Shown in pieces: positions 51,836 through 64,000 of a DNA stretch of 64,000 bases. The number at the start of each line of letters is the position of its first letter. Within the stretch, counting starts at the first letter, position 1. Source of the DNA: Vicugna vicugna (lineage: Eukaryota); contig MU058531.1 in the NCBI GenBank assembly GCA_013265495.1, positions 3,224,911-3,288,910 of the forward strand, written 5' to 3'. A model generated the notes under the pieces. That model worked only from the letters and a program-made list of their open reading frames with translations. It had not been told where the DNA came from and searched no databases. A program made the translations under genes and the position numbers.

Positions 51836-54800
51836 ATAGAGTTACCAAATTTGAAACCTTAAAAAACAAAGATTAAACCCATCACTTCTACTTCAATGAG
51901 GTTCTGACAGTCTGAAATGCAGCTCAGTATCAGTTTGTAAAATAGAAACGTCTTTCATGTGGCATTTAATTTTAGAATTGTGAAGTTAAACAACTCTAAA
52001 TCTACGTAAGAGGTCCAGATTATCTCCCCCAGAGAGAGAGCAAAGGAGCAATAAACAATCCAGCTGGCCCATGGTCACTGGGGTCACGTCAAGTTGTGTC
52101 TGATACTTCCTGTGCGTGTGCTTTGGTTCCTTTGTACATGTACTTTAGAAAAGTCAGGAGATGTTGCTAGTCTGCAAGGTGGTATGTGCACTGATGCAAT
52201 TTCTAAGGGCCATCTGACAGCATCTATTAATTTACAGATGCACATATTTTTCACCCAGAAATTCCATTTCAGGAATTTGTCTTAAAGATAATCTTGCTTA
52301 CTGCAAAATGACATATACAGGACCATTCACTGCAGCATTACTTAATAGCAAAAGCCAGAACTGGCCTGAACGTTCCTCAGTAGATACTGGTTGAACACAC
52401 ATTAGTTTACAATGCCAAAATACACAAATATAATGCCATTAAAAATAAATTAAGCAAGAGCAAGAGCTTTACACACATGGCTATGGGATAATCTTTAAGA
52501 TGGCTAAGTGAAAAAAGCAAGGTTTAGATGTTAGTAGAGTATGTTACCAATTGTGTAAAAAGAGGGTAAACAGAATATAGGAAGATACACAAGAATCTGG
52601 TAACACTGATTCCCTTCGGCGAGAAGAATTTGGCAGCTGAAGAACAGGCTGGAAATGAGACTTTTCACTGCATCCCCTTTTATACCTTTTGAATTTTGGG
52701 CTATGTGGATATATAAACTGGTTCAAAACTAAAATAAAAAGCAAAACTGGTAGAACAAAAACAAAAAGATGACTTGATAGAAAGGAAAGAAAAAAAAAGA
52801 AGAGGATAAAAGAGAGAAATCAAGAAACACATACAAGCCTACATATATAAACGTTTACTGTTTTAATCTATCACTGGCTTGTCATGATTGACTTTTGTTT
52901 TCTCCTCTTTTTCTCATCCAGCCTACAAATCAGACTTATATCCTCACATTCTCCATGACTGAAGAAAATATAAAAGGAAAATCTGAATTTCAGCTTTTCA
53001 GTAGAAACATATTCCCTAAGATCCCCTCAAACATTGCCCAGACCTGAGACAATTATCTGCCTTTCCACAGCACCAAAATTATTTTTACTTGGAAAGGAAA
53101 CTAACATTTATTGAATATGTCCCATCCAGGACAAAGCTTCTTGATCTTTGTCTCATTCAATCCTTGCCAACTCTGGGAGATGGGCTGATTAGGAAATTAA
53201 AGTTCAAAGAAGTTAAAATGAGGTGGTAAATTACAGTGCCCTCACTAGTGAATGATGGAGCAAGGCCACTGCCCTAAGTCTGCCTGACCCCAAACACCTT
53301 GACCTTTCCAATATCCCAAGTCATGTACCTAGCTGGGGTAGAATGCAGGACAGGGAAACACAGTGGTGTTTGTCATTGTGATGAAAGGATAGTTTTGACT
53401 TTGGGATTTGGAGGGATGTATGCCCTCCTATCTTCCCTCCGCCCTCCACGTAGCAAGATGTGAGAGACATGAGAGAATAGAAGGTGATGACAACACTGCA
53501 TATAAGAGTTTTATTTCTTTCAATCTGTTAATCAATAGTTAATGAGCAATGGCCATATACAGTCACAGTCAAAACAAGGAAACATCAAACACTGTCAAGC
53601 CCTCAAAATGATCAAAATGAGATGCAAACATATCAAACCTACACTGTATAATCAGTATACCTGGGCTATAGCAAGATACTGCCCAAGGACCTAGAAATGA
53701 GATTGCCTCCCGGGGTCTCAAAGCAGGGAAGAACAGAGCTGTGCAAAGCTGCCTAAATATTCAGAGCTGACCCTTGGGCTGGCTGCATTTACCAGAACTT
53801 CCCTAGATGTACTGAGAACATTTGTAAGGGTGTAATGTACCGATCAGAAGGGCTGGCCAGCCTTGGAAGCAGGAAAGAGGAGTGGCTGTGGTAGGCACGT
53901 TTCCACCGTAGAGATGGGATGTGCCAAGACCGCGAACTCCCAGCTTTCCTCTCTGAAGTACCCCTCGTAGCCGAGAAGAGCCCGGAGGCACAGCTACAAT
54001 CACAGCAACAATAAACACCACCTTTATTGTGTCCTTCATGTGTCAGCTGCTGTCCTTACTGCTTCCTGTGTGCTGGCTCAGTGAGTCTTGCAACTCTGTG
54101 AGGAAGGCTGTTGACTGCCTTCACTTCATTGTTGAGGAAATACAGGCTTGGAGAAGTTAGGTGACTTGTCCGAAGTCACAAAGCTAATAAGTGGTAGAGC
54201 CCGGGTCAAACCCCAAGCCCACGCTCCTGCTCTGCTACTCTACCGCTCACCCCAGGCCTGAAGCTGCCCATCTCAAGCTCAAAACTTATTTATGCTTTTT
54301 ACAAAATTTCTGCAATTTTTTGCATCCTAGTTAATAATATATCTGTGTGGTTTAGTGTAAAGATGTCATTTTAAATGACCAATTCAGTTATTTAACTTTT
54401 TATCCCCCAAATCTCCGGCACTCTAGGAAGATGTGCCAAGTTTATCCTGGGTTTTGTGTACCCCTGGCAACCTGCAGTCTAGCCCAAGGGACACTCTTGA
54501 ACTCGATTTTAAGAAACATGATCCAATGGTCAAGCAGGCAAGTCTCTAAGCTACTAAACACTACAATTGTAAAAACAACACCCCTTATTCCTTGTGTATC
54601 CATATTATCAAGTATCCATGTGATTAAAAACTGGCTTCTCACATACTTTAAGTGCAAAGGAGAATGGACTAAGCAAACGATGAAGCACCTAATTCCCTAA
54701 ACTATTCTGCTTCTCATTGTCATTAATAAAGTGGCCATTGCTCCACATTTATCAGTCTCCGTGTATTTGGTTATCGTGACTCTTCCCAGAGAGAAATATT

Positions 54801-55977
54801 GTATTCCCAGCATCCCTCATTCCCTTTCTTGTAAGTAATACTCCTGTTTAACTCAAGGTAGTTATGCTAGCTGCTATAACAAACAACCGTAAAATCTCAG
54901 AGATGTGTCAATAGAGTTTTATTTCTTAGCTACATCACAGTCTGATGTAAACTGCAAGCCCAATGTAGTTGCTCCTTTAAGGGGTGACTCAGGCCTCCAG
55001 GCTCCTTCCATTTTATGATCCTGACTTCTAAGATGTGCAGCCTCCAAGACTAGGACAGGTTTCATGTCCACACAGCCCTGAATGTTAAGACCATCACTCC
55101 AACCTACATAGCCCATTGACCTTTACCTAACTGAAAAGGAAGGTAGAAAAATACTGTTTTCCTTTGTGTCCAGGAAAAGGAAAAGAAAACAGGATTCAGT
55201 GAACATACAGCATTGTCTCTGCATGACCCCCTCCCTTTGGAGGAACATCCAAACCGACTGCCTATATTCTGGTGCAGCTAGTAATACAGAATCCCACTTC
55301 CAGTGGCCTAAGGAGTGGGTGGCCCACAACCTGAGCTCAACAAAGTCAAATTTCTCTCTCCTGGTCATGTGAATATTGAGCAGAGTCACATGAGCAGAAG
55401 GCACAGAGCTGTCGTATAGCAACGCCCAATGAGGTGGTCCCTGAGTACTGCCTGCTGAACATCTTTGGCTGCACAAGGTTATGTCCTTCCTAATACCCAG
55501 TCGTCCAGCTCTGTTGTCAAGTCTGAGCGCACCACTATTATTCCAATTAATCCCCTATTTGTGATTAAGTTAAAATTATTTTCTTTTACTTGCACCCCAA
55601 ATACTTTAATCAATATTCAGTGTTTGCAACCTATATGCTGACCAACCAGATTCTCAATTCCTCATGACTTGGGTCTGAATTATGATAATTTCACTAAGGT
55701 GGTGACTCGCCTTAGGGATCCGAGGGGCTATCTGACCAATCTTTTCCAGGTGGCACTCTCTCTCATCACCTTTTGTCTTTGATCTTCCATGCACATGGAA
55801 AAAACAATGAACAGTACAAAGCAGAGCTTAAGGCCAAATAAGTGGTAAAGACTTGATGACATTCTCAGTAGGGATGTCTTGTGGGCAACGGAATCATATT
55901 CAGTAGTGAGCTCTAAAGAAATATGCCAGACAACAGATTGTTAATCTTCTTCATTTCACAGACAAAAGTCAAGATTC

Positions 55978-56685
55978 TACAATAGCACTATCTAATAAAA
56001 ATATCATGCAAGCTACATATGTGTTATGGACTGAGTGTTTGTGTCTCCTTAAAATTCGTATGTTGGCGCTCCAACCCTCACTGTGATGGTTTTAGGAGGC
56101 GGGCCTTTGGGATGTAATTAGGTTTAGATAAGGCCATGAAGATGGGGCCTCTGTTATGCAATTAGTGTCCTTATAAGAAGAGGAAGAGACCAGAGCCCTT
56201 TCTCTCTCTATTATGTAAGGATATAGCAAGAAGGCGGCCATCTGCAAGCCAAGAAGGTTTTCATCAAGAACCAAATCTGCCAGCACCTTTATCTTGGATT
56301 TCCCAGCCTTTACAACTGTGCAAAATCAATGTCTGTGGTTTAAGCCACCCCATCTACTGGTATTTTGTTATAGCAGTCTGAGTTAAGATAATATATAATT
56401 TTGAATTTCTTGTGGCCTTATTAAACAATATAAAAAGAAATAGGTAAAATTAATTTTAATAATCTATTTTGTTTAACCCAATACATCCAAAATATTACCA
56501 TTTCAACATATAATCAATATAAGAAATTATTCATGAGCTATTATACATTCTTTTTTGTCATACTAAGCCTTCAAAGTCTGGTGTACATTTTATAGTAACA
56601 ACACATCTCAGCTGGGACCAGCCACATTTCAGGTACTTAATGGCCACATGTAACTAGTGGTTACCATGTTTGACAGCACAATTCC
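55978..56685. mobile_element. MER33-like hAT element split by an MLT1 LTR (~56022-56390)
   Basis: MER33 blocks (tttaacccaatacatccaaaatattaccatttcaaca; agccacatttcaggtacttaatggccacatgt) and MLT1 blocks (tgttatggactgagtgtttgtgtc...gtattttgttatagcag). Confidence 0.78.
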
Positions 56686-58531
56686 AGACAGTGCTGAGAG
56701 GAAAGGAGGGTTTTAGTAACAGCTACCACCGTTTGAGCCCTGCCACATGCAAGCAGTTATCAAAGCTCCTTACACATCTCTCTCATTTGATCCTTAGAAT
56801 AACCTTACAAGATTGATGTTCTTTTCCCTATTTTACAGAGAGAAAGATAAGACTTTGAGCATTTAGGAGGCTTGTGTGAAGTCACATAGCCAACAAAGGA
56901 CAGAGGCTAGAGCTGGCCACACACAGGTCTATTTGACGCAAAGCACTTTCTAATTGATCTCATGCTTCCCAATTACAGATACAAGGAGATGAATTGCTCT
57001 GGACTTCACCCCAAAGGTCATGAAGCAGCTCAGGGCCTAAACAAAGCTCAAAGGAATGACATTAATATTGCCAGTAGGGTGTATAACCAAACCAGCTGTT
57101 CCCTGTGAAGGCAAAGAGGCACCTACTATGTGGATTAGCGAAGTAGAAACAGGGTGCTAATAAATTTCCCCAGCCAAAAAATTCTACGAGAAGCAATGGT
57201 TGAGGGAATGAACAACGTGAAAACAAAAGGAAAGCTATACTAACCAGAAAGAGATAAGTGAGTTTGAACATTAACAAAGGGCAAAAGTTGGTAATATAAA
57301 AATAATCACAACCTTAGCAGATAAACAAATTCAATAAAGCAAATTCAAGAAAGCAGGTGGAAGTAGATGCCACAGGCCCTACCTGTAAGGTTGCCCTTGG
57401 GAGGAGGAGGAACCAGAGCCTGGAGCAGGGTTACCGGACTCGACTGTGGGAATCAAGTCAAAGAAAGAGTCAGGGTCACGAAGAAGAAAAGGATGTGCAA
57501 CCATCCAAGGTGTGCTGTTAGACCATCTGGTTGTGGCCGGCTCCACACCAGCTATCAGCTCAAACACAGCTGCTTATGTGTGCTCAGCGAGGACTAACAC
57601 CAAAAACAAGCATCCATATAACCAGTCCTCAATGAAAGGAGGACTTCATGCTACATGCAGTAAATCCTTACATTCCATATTTAGAGTTTAAATGCCTTTT
57701 ATTTATAAAATGATAGTAATAGTAGATTCCCATGGTTTTGGATGCCTTTATCTGTCTTTAATGTCATCATCACCTGGCAAATATAGAAGTTGACAATTTT
57801 ATATTGGTCCTCCAGTTTTATCATTAAAAAAATTTTAGTGGTATATAAAATCAAAAAAGCACTGCTTAAGATTCTACCCTTTCTCATAGGTATCGGACTT
57901 CTCTTCTCCCTGGTATAATGTCACCTACTCTGTCTGCCCTAGTTCCATCTCCTCAGTGCATAAATATGCTCAAATTTATTCCAATTTAACCAAATTAAGT
58001 GCAACCTACCTTAAACTCGCCTCTCTTTATCTCTAGATACACCTGAGCACTTCTTTAACTACCATTCTTTCCATAACTCCCCAACTGTTAATCCCCCCAA
58101 TTTTTCGCACTGGTAAGCAAATATTAAACAATTGTGCAATAGTTTCTCCACCTAAATAAAGGTTAATTAAAATCTATTATTCAATTTTAATGCTTTCCCT
58201 TCTAGTCGAATCAATATTAAAACAGTATTGCTGTCTTTCTATTTAATCCCCTTCGGAGGGCCCAATATTTCAGCTACATTTTGTGTTAAATAGTCCTTTG
58301 TCAGCTACCTTGGGAACTTATCCAAGTTCATACGCTTCTCTGTAAGAGAAAAGCCATATTCCAAACTCGTTTTCAAGTACATTTTGTTTTTCTTTTATCT
58401 TTTTATTTTGACATAATTCAGAATTACAGAAACATTACAAGAATTGTACGAATAATTCCCACTACGTTTCACCCAGATTCCCCAGGAATGAACATTTGAG
58501 AATAAGTTGCAGACATGATGCCATCTACCCT

Positions 58532-59040
58532 TGCATTATTCAGGGTTCTCCAGGGAAACAAACCAGTAGGAGATATACACACATAACTTGAAAGAGCTGT
58601 GTGGCGGGGTGGGGGAGCGGGTAGAGAGATTTTAAGAAATTGGCTCATGCAATTGTGGGGGCTGACAAATTCAAAATCTATAGGGTAGTCCAGCAGGCTT
58701 AAAATTCACGTTAAGAGTTGATGTTATATTCTTGAGTCTGAATTCTGCAAGGCAACCGGCTAGAAATCAGGCAGAATGTTTATGTTTCAGTCCTAAGGAG
58801 AATTTCTTCTTTGGGAAACCTTAGGAAACCTGTCTTTGCTTTTTAAGGCCTTCAAGTGATTAAATGAGGCCCAAAGTGATTAAATGAGGCCCACCTACAT
58901 TATGAAGTATAATCTGGTTTACTCAAAGTCTACTGATTTAAATGCTAATCATATCTGCATTTAACTTCCAGGTGGGTGTTTGACCAAAGAACTGGGTGTC
59001 GTAGCCTAACCAAGTTGACACATAAAATTAACAATCACAC
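58532..59040. mobile_element. MLT2 LTR inserted in an old L1M 3' UTR (~58400-59805)
   Basis: Starts tgcattattcagggttctccag and ends caagttgacacataaaattaacaatcaca. Confidence 0.8.
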
Positions 59041-59640
59041 ATGGCCGTCATTCAAAAATCCACAAATGACAAATGCTGGAGAGGCTGTGGAGAAAAGGGA
59101 ACCCTCCTACACTGCTGGTGGGAATGCAGTTTGGTGCAGCCACTATGGAAAACTGTGGAGATTCCTCAAAAGACTAGGAATAGACTTACCGTATGACCCA
59201 GGAATCCCACTCCTGGGCTTGTATCCAGAAGGAACCCTACTTCAGGATGACACCTGCACCCCAATGTTCATAGCAGCACTATTTACAATAGCCAAAACAT
59301 GGAAACAGCCTAAATGTCCATCAACAGGTGACTGGATAAAGAAGAGGTGGTATATTTATACAATGGAATACAATAGACTCATAGACAGAGAATACAGACT
59401 TGTGGTTGCCAGGGGGGCAGAGGGTGGGAAGGGATAGACTGGCATTTCAAAATTGTAGAATAGATAAACAAGATTATACTGTATAGCACAGGGAAATATA
59501 CACAAAATCTTATGGTAGCTCACAGAGAAAAAAATGTGACAATGAGTGTGTATATGTCCATGAATGACTGAAAAATTGTGCTGAACACTGGAATTTGACA
59601 TAACATTGTAAAATGATTATAAATCAATAAAAAATGTTAA
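59041..59640 (+). mobile_element. Young L1 3' end with internal deletion
   Basis: ORF2 C-terminal peptide (CTPMFIAALFTIAKTWKQPKCPS) and TSD aaaattaacaatcaYac (59024-59040, 59641-59657). Confidence 0.9.
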
Positions 59641-60617
59641 AAAATTAACAATCATACCCCTAAAATTCAGCAGTGTCTATTTTCTTTAAAAGCACATTCT
59701 TTCAATAACCACAGCAAAATTTGAAAAATCAGAAAATTAATATCAATATAAAGCTAATATCTAATATACTGACTTTATTCAAATTTTACCAATTTTCCCA
59801 ATAGTCATCCCATTTACTCTTCAATTTAGCAGATACCAAATCTAAGTGCCTTCCTTTTCCTTGCTTGAAAATTCCCAGTTTCATTTAATCGCTCAGGGAA
59901 AGAGACCCAAACCCAATCTCAGGAAAGGGACTAAGGTGGGAGGGAATTTTAATTACCATGATGATTCTAATCCACTTGCCAGTGATTGACATAGAAAGGG
60001 GCAAAGAAACCAAGTCTGGTTAATGAGATGAGAAAGGAAGTTTATAGGCAACACCTCTGGGAAAGATTTTCTTGTTTTCACAATGAGGCTTCTGATAAGA
60101 ACCTTTTCTACTTTGTAAGGAGGTGATGCTTGGAGCCACTGCAGCCTATTGCAACCATGAGGACATCTAGCAAAAGGCATCCTGACTGATAAAACTCAAT
60201 GGCACTATGAGCAGTGGTTAACATCTTGCAAGCTAGCGATCATTTATTAGACAATTACACATTTACTCCTCCAGAATTCAAGGTAAAAAAATCCATTATT
60301 TAAAATTTTTATTTTTCAATTTTTAAACAACTTAATTATTTACTAATATTATAAAAGCACTGTTTCTTATTTTTCCCTTTTTCCTTTTTTTTTTTTTGCA
60401 AATGCACATTATTTCAATTACGTTGTGTGAAGTGAACTGTTGATGGCTACCTTAGGAATTTAACCACTAGACATGGCATTATATATAAGATAAAATTCCA
60501 AGGGCACACAAATTAGTTTTTAAATAATAATTTGCACTGGAATGCCCTGAAATCCATCAGTTAGTGGCAATGCTATGTTAGTCATGGTTCTCAGCCTTCC
60601 AATTCTAATGCAATTTT

Positions 60618-61458
60618 TTTAACAATTTTTAAATTGAATTATAGTCATTTTACAACGTTGTGTCAAATTCCAGTGTAGTGCACAATTTTTCAGTTATACA
60701 TGAACATACATATATTCATTGTCACATTTTTTTTCGCTGTGAGCTACCACAAGATCTTGTATATATTTCCCTGTGCTATACAGTATAATCTTGTTGATCT
60801 ATTCTGCATATGCCTGTCAATATCTACAAATTTTGAACTCCTAGTCTATCCCTTCCCACCCCCCATCCCATTGGCAACCACAAGTTTGTATTCTATGACT
60901 ATGAGTCTGTTTCTGTTTTATATTTATGTTCTTTTTTTTTTTTCAGATTCCACATATGAGCGATCTCATATGGTATTTTTCTTTCTCTTTCTGGCTTACT
61001 TCACTTAGAATGACATTCTCCAGGAGCATCCATGTTGTTGCAAATGGTGTTATGTTGTCGGGTTTTATGGCTGAGTAGTATTCCATTGTATAAATATAGA
61101 ACACCTTCTTTATCCAGCCATCTGTTGATGGATAGGCTGTTTCCATGTCTTGGCTATTGTAAACAGTGCTTCTATGACCATTGGGGTGTAGGTGTCATTT
61201 TGAAGTAGGGTTCCTTCTGGATATATGCCCAGGAGTGGGATTCCTGGGTCATATGGTAAGTCTATTCCTAGTCTTTTGAGGAATCTCCATACTGTTTTCC
61301 ATAGTGGCTGCACCAAACTGGATTCCCACCAGCAGTGAAGGAGGGTTCCCTTTTCTCCACAGCCTCTCCAGCATTTGTCATTTGTGGACTTTGAATGATG
61401 GCCATTCTGACTGGTGTGAGGTGATACCTCATTGCAGTTTTGATTTGCATTTCTCTGA
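60618..61458 (-). mobile_element. L1 3' end, same family, more diverged
   Basis: ORF2 C-terminal peptides in ORFs 61110..61490 and 60943..61146; TSD ctaatgcaat (60605-60614, 61459-61468). Confidence 0.9.
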
Positions 61459-62871
61459 CTAATGCAATATTTTTCTAAGATTCTATGCACATTATTGTGT
61501 ATAGGCCTTTCAAAAGACTGCCAGGCAGCTTGGTCTATGATTTTTCAGCAAAGATAGCAGTAGTATTTCAAACAGAAAAGCTTTTAAGACTCAGAAATCA
61601 TTTACAGGAAAGTGATTTTAATGAAGTGGTTTAGTAATTCTTATTATCAAAGAATGTTGATTTGGATGTCTGCCTGGAGTACACTTTAGAGAAAAAAAAC
61701 TTGTCAGAATACCTTTGAGCCTATACACTCACAATCCGCTTGGTTTAGAGATCAATTCTACCAGTAGATGTCACTATAGTCAGACATTATTTTAGAAAAA
61801 CACAGACATTATTTTAAAAAACACAGAATGAGGTGACCTCATTCACATTTAAAGACTATCATAAGGGAAAGAAAGCAAGCTCTTCTATATCTAAACATGT
61901 GCTCTTATAATTAAGAAAACACAAGAGGCATCAATCAAATGTTTTCTGAGTGAATTAATGAAGAATCAATGTATATTAATTATTCTGCCTTGAAATCTTC
62001 ATGACTGAGTTATGCGTCGATAGGAATGCCAGAGGAAAAGCTCCAGAATTTGCAAAATAAAAGCAATCTCTAACATATGATCAGACATGTTTAGAAGAAA
62101 ACAATTTGTCTAGAGTCCATTCATGAGATGGGGCATGAGAATTCAAGCAATTCGACTTCACAGACATTAAATGCACCCATCCCATGTCAGTGCCGAGCAA
62201 AGTTCTGCTGGAAACTGAGGGAAACATGGTACCTAGAGCTTCATGAAAAGTGAACTGGAGGCCATTTCTGTCCTCCATCTGTGAGAGGGGAAGGGGCAGA
62301 TTTTCCTGGCACAGAGACAGACACAGATTCTCAAATCTGGGAGAAGGGGCCAAGAAAAGATTGCCACTAGTTCTCCTTCAAAACCCATTTTCTTTTTTTG
62401 GCTTGAGGTTCACCTGCGCATGACATAAAGACATTTGGAAAACAGTTTACAAACTTGGCTTATTATTCTGAGATGTGGTACTGATTCTATATAACAATAT
62501 GCATTATATCTGTTGTGAGCACTTGCAAAGGGGCACACTCTGTACCAAGTCTTTTATCTGATTTAACCCTCCCAAAAGATCTGTAAGGCAGAAATTTTTA
62601 TTATCCTCACTTTTAGAGATGAAGTATCTGAAAAACAGGAGGGTGGGGGATTTAGTGGTTAAACAACTTATCCAAAATCACCCAGTTAACAAATGGTAAA
62701 ACCAGATTCAAACCTAGCCCTGAGTAAAGTACTCTGCCATGCTCTTTCTTATTCATTATTCCAAGGCAACAGGCTCTATCAGACAAAATCTGGAGTCATG
62801 TTGTTCAAGTTGACTTTACTTCCTCAGAAATAAACATTTGCACATTTAGTAATAACTTTACCACAAAGCAC

Positions 62872-63972
62872 TTAAGAATATACAATGGGGAAAGGACAGC
62901 CTCTTCAGTTAATGGTGTTGAGGAAACTAGACAGCCACATACAAAATGATGAAACTGGACCACTGTCTAACATCATATACAACAACTAACTCAAGATGGA
63001 TTAAAGACTTGGGCCTAAGACCTGAAGCCATAAGACTCCTAGAAGAAAACAGGCTATAAGTATCTTGACATCATGATCTTTGGATTGGACAATAAAATCA
63101 AAGGCAATAAAAGCAAAAATAAGGAAGTGGGACTACAGCAAACTAAACAGTTTCTGCACAGCAAAGGAAACCATAAACAGAATGAAAAGGCAATCCATAG
63201 AATGGAAGAAAATATTTGTAAATCATACGTCTCATAAGGCCATAAGAAATTGACAGAACATTTTTAACTGACTATACTTCAATAAAATATATATATACAC
63301 ACACACATCTTATAAGGGGTTGATATCCAAAATACATAAAGAACTCATAAAACTCAATAGCAAAAAAAAAAAAAGCAAACAACTTGATTTTAAAAAATGG
63401 GCAGAGGATCTGAATAGACACTTTCCCAAATACACACAGATGGCCAACAGAACATGAAAAGATGCTTAATATCACTAATTATCAGGAAGATGAAAATCAA
63501 AACCACAATGAGATATCACTTCACTCCTGTTAGAATGGCTGTTATCACAAAGACAAAAATAACAAGTGTTGGTGAGGATGTGGACAAAGGGAACCCTTGT
63601 GCACTACTGGTAGGAATGTAAACTCATGAAGTCACTATGGAAAACAGTATGGAGGTTCCTCAAAAAATTAAAAATAGAACTACCATATGATCCAGCAATT
63701 ACACTTCTTGGTATTTATCCAATGGAAACAAAAACATTAATCAGAAGAGCTATCTGCACCCCCATGTTCACTGAAGCATTATTTACACTACTGGTAGGAA
63801 TGTAAACTCATGAAGTCACTATGGAAAACAGTATGGAGGTTCCTCAAAAAATTAAAAATAGAACTACCATATGATCCAGCAATTACACTTCTTGGTATTT
63901 ATCCAATGGAAACAAAAACATTAATCAGAAGAGCTATCTGCACCCCCATGTTCACTGAAGCAACCTAAGTGT
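62872..63972 (+). mobile_element. Degenerate L1 ORF2 3' region
   Basis: aagaatatacaatggggaaaggacagcctcttc..., ttctgcacagcaaaggaaacc and aaaccacaatgagatatcacttcactcctgttagaatggc motifs. Confidence 0.88.
63602..63962 (+). repeat. Perfect 177-bp direct duplication (63602-63778, 63786-63962)
   Basis: Identical base by base; period 184. Confidence 0.95.
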
Positions 63973-64000
63973 ATTTTATATATATTGAAATTCATAATTA

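Noticed and set aside
57060..58380. Unclassified unique-looking sequence with short ORFs (also 50750-51550 and 15090-15880)
   Set aside because: No recognisable protein, RNA gene or splice structure. It may be ancient TE and cannot be assigned without a database search.
58976..61490. ORFs with RT-family-like peptides (153, 126, 67 aa)
   Set aside because: C-terminal remnants of L1 ORF2 in truncated copies, not genes.
1..64000. CRISPR arrays, tRNA/rRNA/snRNA genes, operons, or a novel multi-gene system
   Set aside because: None seen. The window is ordinary mammalian DNA with one known gene plus transposable elements.

Overview
This is mammalian genomic DNA. It is probably from an even-toed ungulate: no Alu, Bov-A/Bov-tA, PRE1 or CHR SINEs were seen, and the young L1 3' ends look camelid-like, but the species call is inference. 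It contains one complete protein-coding gene, SLC35G1 (TMEM20/POST, EamA/DMT-family transporter), on the + strand. The gene has a CpG-island promoter (~39.47-40.27 kb) and three coding exons (39875-40052, 44279-44459, 46429-47167) with canonical GT-AG sites, totalling 1098 nt (365 aa plus stop), followed by a long AT-rich 3' UTR. The rest is intergenic or intronic and dominated by transposable elements: a dense cluster of solo ERV LTRs in the first 13.4 kb (one triple-nested), four copies of a young L1 family with target-site duplications (TSDs), and older L1, L2, MIR, MLT and MER fragments. Nearly all ORFs in the supplied track are spurious or decayed L1 fragments. I found no convincing novel multi-gene system. 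The best leads are small: (1) a ~105-nt non-L1, hairpin-containing sequence apparently retroposed just after the SLC35G1 stop codon; (2) a MADE2-like palindromic MITE in the 3' UTR; (3) an AG|GTAAGT recursive-splice-like site and a NAGNAG acceptor at exon 2; (4) several microhomology or templated duplications. Repeat family names come from visual recognition and need RepeatMasker/Dfam confirmation.
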